Below, in pieces: positions 53,162 through 64,000 of a DNA stretch of 64,000 nt (position 1 is the first letter of the stretch; each line of letters starts with the position of its first letter). The notes beneath the pieces were generated by a model that saw nothing but the letters and a program-made list of their open reading frames with translations, ran no database searches and had not been told where the DNA came from. Origin of the DNA: Eledone cirrhosa. Lineage: Eukaryota. The stretch is taken from NCBI GenBank assembly GCA_964016885.1, contig OZ024750.1, positions 2,108,001 through 2,172,000 on the forward strand, written 5' to 3'. The position numbers and the translations under genes were made by a program.

Positions 53162-53300
53162 AATAGATCCAGGAAATGTCATCTTTGCACAGTGGAGAGA
53201 TCACATATATTAAAGAAGCTAAAAAGTTCTGATAACTACCATAACACCAGAGTAGACCTTTTAACAGATGTCTTCATAGAGATAAATTTACTCTTGGATA
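53162..53300 (+). pseudogene. Penelope-like element GIY-YIG C-terminal remnant
   Basis: RKCHLCTVERSHIL...NTRVDLL/RCLHRDKFTL (one frameshift) resembles the CxLCxxEK...LNxRxE...CxHxxKF pattern of Penelope-like elements. Confidence 0.55.
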
Positions 53301-53873
53301 TTGGAAGATTCTCTCTTTATCACATGTCACGGATAGAAAAAAAAATAAGTATGACATAGGCCAAAACTAATCTGCTGAATATTTAGATCCTGAATATTGT
53401 TTAATTTTTTTACATTTTTTTCTATAATGTATCTAACATATGCATTTCATCTTGCATCCTCTACATAGATGATGATGATGATGATGATAATGAATACATA
53501 CATAAATACTTATTACATTCTATAAATATTGTTTTGTTTTTTTTCTACCGACATGCTTTTCAGATTAAATCCTCCACATATATATTTATACTACAGATTA
53601 TAAATATATTTGTCTGTGTGTCAAAAATATTTTATATAAAACATTTAATTAAAGCAGATAAAATCACTAAATTATTATATTCTTTACTACAAAATCTTGG
53701 ATATTGTCATTTTTTTCTTCCGAACTCTTGTAAGCAGAAAGTTGGTTTATTATGATTGTTTGTTTGTTTTTGTTGTTTTATGTTTTTGTTTTTGTTTTTG
53801 TGAAATATATGTAATGAAATTAAATGAAATTAAATGAAATTAAATGAAATATGTACTTTATAAAAAAAAACCT

Positions 53874-54172
53874 TCATCATTGTTGTCTTTATCATCATCA
53901 TTATCATTATCATTATCATCGCCATCATCATCATGGTCATCATCATCATCATCATCATAGTCATCATCATTATCATCATCATCTTCATCCTCCTACTTCT
54001 CTTCTTCTTCCTCCACCTCCTCCTCTTCATCAACTTCATCCTCCTCCACATCATCATCATCATTGTCAACAACAGCAACAACAACAACAACAGCAATAAC
54101 AACAACAACAACAGCAGCAGCAATAACAACAACAACAACAGCAGCAGCAGCAGCAGAGCAGCAGCAGCAGTA
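53874..54172. repeat. Compound (CAT)n/(CAA)n/(CAG)n microsatellite
   Basis: Direct reading; intronic, before the last PPIL6 exon. Confidence 0.9.
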
Positions 54173-54255
54173 CTTCAACAGTATTTTCCTACTTCTTTAG
54201 TCTGCAGTTTATTTTATTTTATTTATTTTATTTTATTTTATTTTTGTTGTTGCAG

Positions 54256-54769
54256 CCAACTTCTGGAAGGTACCGAACTTCTGCAGTTATTAGAAGAACA
54301 AGAGACCTTCAATGAGAGACCCCTGAAACCAATTCGGATCACCAAATGTGAACCTTTTGATCTTAAAGAACCAATTGTGTATACACCGCCATCACACATG
54401 GACGACAGTCTCCTGTCTGATAGACAAGATGCACAGAGAGGTTCAAGAGATGGTGCAGCAAAAGGTGCATTGGAAGATGCAATGGGTGGTGCAGCAGAAG
54501 ATGCAGTGGAAGGGAAAGGAGATGGTGCACCAGAAAGTGCAGAAGGTGTGCAAGAAGGTGCAGTAGAAGGGGAAGGAAATGGTGCACCAGAAAGTACAGA
54601 AGTGCAAGAAGGTGCAGTAGAAGGGGAAAGAGATGATGCAATAGATGGTGCACCAGAAAGTACAGAATTGCAAGAAGATGCAGTGGAAGGGGAAGTAAAA
54701 GGTACACATGAAGATGCACCAGAAAATGCAACAGAAACCATTGAAGAAAGTGCACCAGATGATGCATAA
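54256..54769 (+). CDS. PPIL6: PPIL6 exon 8 (last; acidic repeat tail)
   Basis: QLLEGTELLQLLEEQETFNERPLKPIRITKC, then E/G/A/D-rich repeats; TGCAG acceptor. Joined CDS is 1293 nt (430 aa). Confidence 0.9.
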
Positions 54770-56124
54770 ACAGATGCATTAGAGAATGCAACAGGACTAC
54801 TAGATCAAACATCTGGCACTAAACTCTCATAATATATAAAGATATGTATATATTTATTTCCACAGAGATAAGCATTTGTGTATACATGTATACATACATA
54901 CATATATGCATATATATGTACATACGTATATACACACATATATACATACATATGTATATACATATATACATACATACATATGTACATACATACATACACA
55001 CAAACATAAATACACACATACACATAGGGTGCTCTAGCATCACTCCTTCATAATCAGCCTAGGAACTTTTCAACCAACCCTCCTATATTCCAAATAATAT
55101 TTACTAAAACTCTGGTCATACAGTACGAAATTGTAAAGAAATAAGGCAGTTATTAATAAAAAGAGTTGGAATTAATGCATGCAAGATTTCACAGCTCTAG
55201 CATCACTCCTTCATAGTCAGCCTATATTCTGGTCATGCAGTACGAAATTATAAATATATCAAACAAAAGTAGTTCAATATATATAATTGAAGTAGATGCT
55301 TGAATGAGTGGTCCCCCCGTTCATCACACACAAATAAATGGATGTTCAAAAAGGTTGTCTGTGAACCTTGCAATAAAAATGCATTGACTGCCTGGTTACT
55401 TATGACTCACCCTGTACAAAAAACAGAAATAATCAAAACGTATTTGTCATAAAACTGAAGTTAAAATAAAACATTATACCTTAGATGTAATTTTTCATTT
55501 GTTTATATAAATTATCTCCCTTGAATATGCTACAATTGTGCTGATTCTAATGTATAATTATTACTATAGCAAGATAGTGGCTCTTTCCCTACTATATCAA
55601 GTGTTAAACTAATATATTTCTTCATTGTATTGTATTATGTGTTTGCATGTGAATGTATGTAACTGTGAGCTTGCATATGAGTGTGAGTACCTAAGTGTGT
55701 ATATGTGTATGCATGTGTGCGTATATAGATATGTGTGCGTATATAGATATGTGCGTATATATATGTGTGTGTGTCTGAGTCTGTGTGTATTAGGAATCTA
55801 TCGATTTTGTGTGTAATAATTGTTTCTACTGTTGGCACAAGGCCAGCAATTACCCCAGTGTATTACTGGTACTTTATTTTATCGATCCCGTAAGGATGAA
55901 AGGCAAAGTTAACCTCGGCAGGATTTGAACTCAGACCATAAAGGGACGTAACACTATGCTGGAAAGCATGGCATCCGACCCTAATATATTATTAACGAAA
56001 CCCCTAAATAGAGGAAGCAATCCGTCGGAAATAGGCCTTAAAATGAGAGAGTTCTAGAAACGCAAAATTTCCAGGGCATTGTTGTAAACCTGAGATGGGG
56101 GCAGTGACAGTTTCATTCCATTGT

Positions 56125-56320
56125 CAGACCTGCCAAACTTTAAAACCCAAACGGGGAGAACCATGAAAAAAAGTGCCCCAAAATGGGGAAGAAATGAGGC
56201 ACAATTCGGAGATTTTACATAATGAAAGCTATACCCATTTTCACACGAGAAGACATCTCTCACTCTCCCTCAAAGTGGGCGGCAGATCTCCCTGTCAGAC
56301 AGGGAGAGTTGACAGGTCTG
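56125..56320. mobile_element. Short MITE, probably hAT-like
   Basis: TIR CAGACCTGCCAA/TTGACAGGTCTG; no clear TSD. Confidence 0.55.
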
Positions 56321-58766
56321 GTGTACATGTATATGTTTATGTTTAAATAATTTTTTAATAAAAGCTATTAAAAACTTTATTGTGAGAACCTAAACATTAA
56401 ATAGATTAGATAGATGATGCAAAAGTTAGTTAGCTTTTTTAATTGGTACTTTTAGAAATAAAACAAAATGTCTCAAATGTTTTGCTGATCAATATATCAT
56501 CTAAGATTAACAACATTCAAACTAAAATAACAAATATGTCATTGAAACCATGGTTACTAATTGATTAATCAAAGCGCAAATTAAATTGCCCGGCATTGTT
56601 ACTGTGTTTGTTTTTATTTCAATAAACAATGTAGATCTTGTGACGTAGCGACAGCAAGAATGACAACAATATGATGATGCTGATCATTATCACTACCACC
56701 CCTACTCCCCCTACTCCTACTTCTACTCCAACTCCTACTCCACATCATCATCATCATCATCATCAACAACCAATGTAGTTCTTGGGACGTTGCGACAGCA
56801 AGGTTGACACCAATATGATGAAGATGATCATAGATTGACAGTAATCAGTAGAGCGTCAGACGCCATGCTTTGCACCATAGAGTTATGGCCCTTTACGTTC
56901 TGGGTTTAAATCCCGCTGAGGTTAACTTTGCCTTTCATCCTTATGGGGTCGATAAAATAAAGTACCAGTAATGCACTGGGATAATTTCTGGCCTTGTGCC
57001 AAAAGTAGAAACAATTATTACACTTGGATTGGCAGTATCAGTAGAGGGTTTGGACGCCATGCTTTTCGGCATAGAGTTACGTCCCTTTACGGTCTGAGTT
57101 CAAATCCTTCCGAGGTTAACTTTACTTTTCATCCTTACGGGTTCGATAAAATAAAGCACCAGTAATTCACTGGGGTGGGGATTGCAGGCCTTGTGCCAAA
57201 AGCAAAAACAATTACCATTACCACCACCACCACCACCACCCTACTTCCCTTCCTCCTACTCCTACACCACATCATCATCAACAACAACAACAACAAAGTA
57301 TTTACAATGGAGGAAAACATTTAGTTGTGACAGTCGTCATTTTTACTAATTCTTGAATCAGTGAAGAGTGTAATGTAATATATAGTCTAGCTAGTAGTTG
57401 CATCTGTATAAGGATTTGAGCTATATTAATGAATTAAGAATGATTGTGTATTTAATGTGTCTATTATCTCCATCGTTGGCATATGGTCAATAATACTGCA
57501 GGGAGTTGACAAAGGTTAACATTTAATGTCCACTTCCTTTCTGTGGTCTTTCTTTTTCCTATAGAAATATTATCAATCGAGAAATTTGAAATATCATTAA
57601 GAATGTTATTGAAATGTCGGAAGTCAGATAGAATATAAATGTTGTTTTTTGTTGTTATCCACTATCGTCCTCATTTAATTATATCTGGAAGACAATCGTA
57701 GTTGTTAACAAAGCAATGAAATTGTTTCCGTTCCAGTAAAAATATATCAAATTAGAATATGAAAACTAAGTGACCACCTAACGTCTAAATGTTGCTTCTA
57801 AGTAACAAACTGAATCTATTTGTTGAAAATATTTCTGTATAAGTATTCAAAATGGCGGCATGTGAAATAATCTTATGTAAAAAATACATATTTATCAGTA
57901 TCAGTATCTTTATCAAACTTTTTAGCTCAGTTCTGTATTTCTGCAATGATCGAGCTGTATATGAAGACATATACAAAATGTTTATGTATAATGGTTTCAG
58001 ATTTAGATAGGCCTCAAATTTCATATAGCTTAGGGGCCCAGCAGGTGAAAGCCTGGCCTTGACTGACTTTATTTAGGGGCCCATTGATGCTTGAGCCCAC
58101 AAGTAAGTAAATCCTGCCCTAGCCCTAATCACAGCTCAATAGTGGTTCCTCTCAAGCCTTCCATTGTATAAAACTAATTAGATAGTAAGCCATGAATGCT
58201 GAATTTAAAATAATAGCTTAAAAATTCAATTTTCTTCTTGGTCATCCCACAGGTCACACTCCTATGCTGTATTTTAATACCACATTCAATAGCCGTAAAC
58301 AATAAATAAGCAAATTGTTTACTTCTAACCACCTCGAGGGAGCAGAAATCCAACTGTTGAACACATATTTATTCATATTTTTAAAAAATTGCAGTAATGG
58401 AAAATAGAAATGTTTATTGGAAATATTTCTTTCCCTAGTAATCGATGCTGATAAAAAAAAAAAAGAAATTCTAATGAAGAAATATTATTTGTCTAATAGA
58501 TACAAATTAATGCTTATTAATTTATTTAATTATTTAATTATTTATTTTGAATAGCTGGTTGAAACACTTATTTACAAAAATAGTTCGCATAATAAAGACA
58601 AAGAAAGAAAAAAACAATGAAAATAAAGTATATATAACGCCAACACCAACAGTTTTGCAAGAGATGTCAACATGAATGAGCCTGTTATTTTTATCTAAAG
58701 ACATTTTTTCCTATTCCAACCCACCCGTCCCCTCAATCTATCTTATTTCTCATTCTTATTTCTCAT

Positions 58767-58802
58767 TCTTTTGATGAAGGACTAGCGTCCGAAACGTTAA
58801 GA
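58767..58802 (+). ncRNA. Minimal type I hammerhead motif (C3U variant)
   Basis: TCTT-TTGATGA-A-GGAC-TAGC-GTCC-GAAAC-GTT-AAGA. Confidence 0.62.
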
Positions 58803-59127
58803 CCCTCTTCCTGCTATATCAAGCGTTAACCTAATATATCGCTTCCATATACTGTACCGATTGTGTTGTTATTTCTGTTTACCTTTTACACACACACACA
58901 CATATATATATGTATGTATGTATATATATATATATATATATAGATAATTTAATATATCTACTAACATAAGCGCACAGATGTACGCCAATGCCAGCAAATA
59001 CACAGGTTATGTCATAGTACCTAGGTGGTTCAATGCAGGAGGATGCAGAACAATAATATAAAAGACGTAAAATAAGAAAATTTAAAAAAAAAATGTTTAA
59101 AAATTAACTTACTTACTTAAATTTTCA

Positions 59128-59207
59128 CTCCAACTAATTAGTTTCTGCAATGGGATAAAGACAGTTACGTAATGAACTGTTGAGAATTTCATTGCGTCAT
59201 CAGGGAG
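59128..59207 (-). ncRNA. Type I hammerhead ribozyme motif, inverted copy
   Basis: Reverse complement of 59586-59665. Confidence 0.7.
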
Positions 59208-59585
59208 GTCTATTCTCAGCCAAGTCTCCAGGCAATGCGCGGACACTGGGGACTCATATAAAAATAATAATAATTCGGTAAATGGAACAGCTATCGAGGA
59301 CTGGATTCGAGGTACTAAAAATTCTCACTGCTACTGGTCATATGGCCGATTCTAAAGAATCAATCACGTGACACAGAGGCTAGTCAGTAGGAATGGGATG
59401 GTAAGATGACAGACGCCTACTAACACCCCCAAACAATTTAGAAGTGGTTTTGGCAGGTTTGCTCGACAAATCAGTGATTTGGAGATAAATATAGATAATT
59501 TAATATATCTACTAACATAAGCGCACAGAATTATTATTATTTTTATATGAGTCCCCATTGCCTGGAGACTTGGCTGAGAATAGAC

Positions 59586-59665
59586 CTCCCTGATGACGCA
59601 ATGAAATTCTCAACAGTTCATTACGTAACTGTCTTTATCCCATTGCAGAAACTAATTAGTTGGAG
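59586..59665 (+). ncRNA. Type I hammerhead ribozyme motif (Penelope-associated type)
   Basis: CTCC-CTGATGA-C-GCAATG...CATTGC-A-GAAA-CTAATTAG-TT-GGAG: intact core, stems I, II and III, palindromic stem III. Confidence 0.72.
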
Positions 59666-59909
59666 TGAAAATTTAAGTAAGTTAATTTTTAAACATTTTT
59701 TTAAAAAATTTTCTTATTTTACGTCTTTTATATATATATATATATGTGTTTAAAAGTTAAACAAGGTTCAATGAATACATCAAAGAATGAGTTTTACAAT
59801 AGATTGGAAGCACTCAACAGTATTAGTTTTCTGAAATATGTATAATAAAATATAATTGATCACAAGAATATCTATTTTGTTAATATTTTGAATTAATATA
59901 TATATATAT

Positions 59910-59946
<37 letters not shown>

Positions 59947-60153
59947 GAGAAGCCTGAAGGCAGAAGGGTTGTTGTTTAGCCCTTGGTCAGTTCTATATTC
60001 CGGTCGTGAGCATCCTATATTTTGTTGTTGTTGTTGGTGTTTTTGTTTATTTTATTTGTTTTGTTTTTTTCCGTGTGTGCCCCAAACCATCTTATGAAAT
60101 GTGTTCCATTTGAGGGGTTCTATTTTTTAATTTTTTAGATGGTTAAATGTGAT

Positions 60154-60926
60154 TTAACCCTTTACCATTTACATTACTATTAATATACTAATGTATTTTC
60201 ACAGTAAAGGCTTTACCTCACATAATATCTCACATAACATTTATATTACTCTATATATACTATTGTATTTTCACAGTAAAGTCTTTACCTCACATAATAT
60301 CTCACATAACATTTACATTACTCTATATATACTATTGTATTTTCATGCTAAAGGCTTTACCTCACATAATATCTCACATAACATTTACATTACTCTATAT
60401 ATACTATTGTATTTTCATGCTAAAGGCTTTACCTCACATAATATCTCATATAACATTTACATTACTCTATATATACTATTATATTTTCACAGTAAAGGCT
60501 TTACCTCACATAATATCTCACATAACATTTACATTACTCTATATATACTATTGTATTTTCATGCTAAAGGCTTTACCTCACATAATATCTCATATAACAT
60601 TTACATTACTCTATATATACTATTATATTTTCACAGTAAAGGCTTTACCTCACATAATATCTCACATAACATTTACATTACTCTATATATACTATTGTAT
60701 TTTCACATTAAAGGCTTTAACTCACATAATATCTCACATAACATTTACATTACTCTATATATACTATTGTATTTTCACATAATATCAAATCTATGAGATT
60801 TTGATATTATTTATTTTGATAACAATACTTTAACATCAGTATGAGTGGCTAGTTACAGCTGGTTTGAACAGAAAGAGGTGGGAGAATTCTGGCTGGATAC
60901 GGCTGGTTTAAATACTAAAGGGTTAA
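60154..60926. mobile_element. Family A MITE with about 8.5 internal 72-bp tandem units
   Basis: TIRs and TTAA at both ends; 72-bp period over about 60170-60790. Confidence 0.8.
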
Positions 60927-61089
60927 GGGAGATTTGGCAGCTATTTTTAGTAGTTCGAACGGCCATGTTGAGATTCCATCAACATGCCAACAAATAAAAT
61001 GGTAATCTGAAAGGAAGAAATTGGTTTTCTCGGGTAATTATTGACAAATCAACTGACAAATGTCAACGAAGTAGAATAGTCTATCAGAA

Positions 61090-61167
61090 ACTATGTATAC
61101 ATATATATATATGTATGTATATATATATATGTATGTATATATAAATATATGTATGTATTTATAAATA

Positions 61168-61227
<60 letters not shown>

Positions 61228-62110
61228 CATATATTTATATATATATACATACATATATACCACTACGTTGTACACATGGATATTTTAGGATAAACATACA
61301 CACATATATACTCACATACATGCACATACAGATATATATACACACACACATATATACTCACAATCACACACATACATACATATATACATACACAAACATA
61401 TAGAATCACATACATACACACACACACATACATACACAAACATATAATCACAGACATAAACACACATACACATAATCACAGACATACACACACACATACA
61501 CAAACATATATCATCACATACATACACACACATACATACACATACACACACACATATACATATACATACACAAACATATATAATCACAGACACACACACA
61601 TACATACACATATACATACACAAATATATATAATCACATACATGCATACACACATAGACATATGCAGATGCACATAGGCATATGCACACACACTCACACA
61701 AACATACATGCACATAAACATGCACATACACAGACACACATTCACACAGACACATATTCATACATGCACATACACGCACATATGCACATACACACACACG
61801 TAAACACTCATAGATGCACATATACACACTCATACATCCATATACACGCGCGCACACACACACACACACACGTAAACACTCAGATGCACATACACACACT
61901 CATACATCCACATACACGCACATATGCACACACACACACACGCGCGCGTACACACTCATACATACACATACACACACTCATACATCCACATACACGCACA
62001 TATGCACACACACACACGTACACACACGTACACACTCATACATGCACATATACACACACATGCACATATACAAACGCACACACGTACACACGTGCATACA
62101 TGCACACTCT
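61090..62110. repeat. (TA)n then (CA)-rich low-complexity tract
   Basis: Direct reading. Confidence 0.9.
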
Positions 62111-62605
62111 GACATAGATACAAGAAGAGCCTCTTTTAATGATTAAAGTGAGGAAAGGAAAGAATCTGCTGTAGGTAGACGAGTGTAATAATGAGAATAT
62201 GTTTTGATAGAACAAAAGCAACAGAGAAAAACATCGTTTCTCATTGTATTTTATTCATTTGGAATTGGTAAAAGAATGTAAACATCGAAAAAGTTCGGTA
62301 GTGCCTGTTCTTCATTCAATCAATCGACTGCGTGCCTAACAATCCATCAGCCTGCTTTGCCAACTTACTTGTTAACGGTCTGCATGCTTTGGTCGTCTGC
62401 TTGGTCATGTTTTTAGAGTATCATCTTGAAAAAGAAAATACCATATGCGATACATTTGCCAACGATTTTAGCTCCGAAGAATTAGGTAAATATATTGGTT
62501 CTTTTTCTATATTTTCTATATTTTGTATATTTTGTATATTTTGTATACAAACATGTTTACTTCTTTATACGTTTACACGTTTTTTTTCTAAGATATTGTT
62601 CTCAT

Positions 62606-62639
<34 letters not shown>

Positions 62640-62744
62640 CTTTTAAATTCCATCTGTGATAACATTTTACACGTTTTTATTGTATGTAAACTTCCCCCTT
62701 TGTATTTGTCCCCTTCTTTTGTGCCCCTGTGGCTAATAAAGAAA

Positions 62745-63360
<616 letters not shown>

Positions 63361-63400
63361 TATTGTTTCTTCTCTGGAATTTTACCCGCCCTATATATAT

Positions 63401-63848
63401 ACTAGACCTGAAAAATGCGCAAGCTCAAAAGAGCTACAGAATGTTACAATAAACCTTCAAAGGTGTGGAACTAGAATTGTTGCTCAAAAATATTGTAATC
63501 ATTATCTATCGTACACTCTGTGGTACCCTTTTTATAAAAAAGAGACTCATAACGAACTCAAGACGACGCGATAATTATTTAAGCTAATGTTCAATAACTC
63601 ATATTAGATGTTTAGTAATGATTAATACGAAATGTACTTAAACCGAATTCTATATTATAAATTCACTTAAATAATTATCGTGTCGGATTGAGTTCGTTAT
63701 GAGTCTCTTTTTTATAAAAGGATGCCACAGAGTGTACGATAGATAATGATTACAATATTTTTGAGCAACAATTCTAGTCCCACACTTTTGAAGGTTTATT
63801 ATAACATTCTGTGGCTCTTTTGAGCTTGCGCATTTTTCAGGTCTAGTT
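63401..63848. mobile_element. Foldback element with about 183-bp inverted arms
   Basis: 63401-63583 is the near-perfect reverse complement of 63666-63848, around a spacer of about 80 bp. Confidence 0.85.
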
Positions 63849-64000
63849 TAATATTTTTTTAAGGCAACGCTTGTAATAACTCTAGTTAAACATGATATAT
63901 ATATAAATAATAAATTATCGTTGTAATGTAATTAGATTATATAATTGTTATTTTGTAAATGATCTTATAAATATTATTGTAAGATGTATAAAAATATTTT

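Larger units (their letters stand above)
58941..59735. mobile_element. Penelope-like element remnant with inverted terminal repeat
   Basis: About 59057-59276 is the inverse of about 59528-59733. A direct repeat of about 38 bp occurs at 58941 and 59491. There is a hammerhead in each arm. Confidence 0.6.

Noticed and set aside
53830-54255. Poly-His/Gln/Ile/Asn ORFs upstream of the last PPIL6 exon
   Set aside because: Intronic trinucleotide microsatellite; the real acceptor is at 54254-54255.
60191-60796. His/Tyr-rich 24-aa repeat ORF (also at 4711-4995)
   Set aside because: 72-bp tandem units inside a MITE.

Overview
AT-rich, intron-containing animal genomic DNA. The SINE, MITE and microsatellite content suggests a coleoid cephalopod, probably Octopus; this is inference. 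Four protein-coding genes can be assembled by hand with GT-AG introns and consistent phases. (1) An intronless class A GPCR (408-1355, -). (2) IBA57/CAF17, a mitochondrial Fe-S assembly factor (6 coding exons, 14868-25326, -, 413 aa). (3) An uncharacterised protein with two RWD/UBC-like units and a RING-H2, a candidate E3 ligase (7 exons, 35896-41990, -, 329 aa). (4) Head-to-head with it, PPIL6 (8 exons, 46502-54769, +, 430 aa), with an acidic repeat tail and an RFX X-box plus forkhead module upstream. The rest is dense in tRNA-derived SINEs, TTAA (piggyBac-like), mariner, Tc2/pogo-like and hAT MITEs, CR1/RTE/Penelope remnants and microsatellites. The most notable non-coding signals are: at least four minimal type I hammerhead-ribozyme motifs, two of them in the arms of an inverted repeat and one sense-oriented in an IBA57 intron; a roughly 27-copy 59-bp array whose unit can form a hairpin or pseudoknot, possibly inside a long 3' UTR; and repeated birth of minisatellites from parts of several unrelated mobile elements. 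All long repeat-derived ORFs were rejected.
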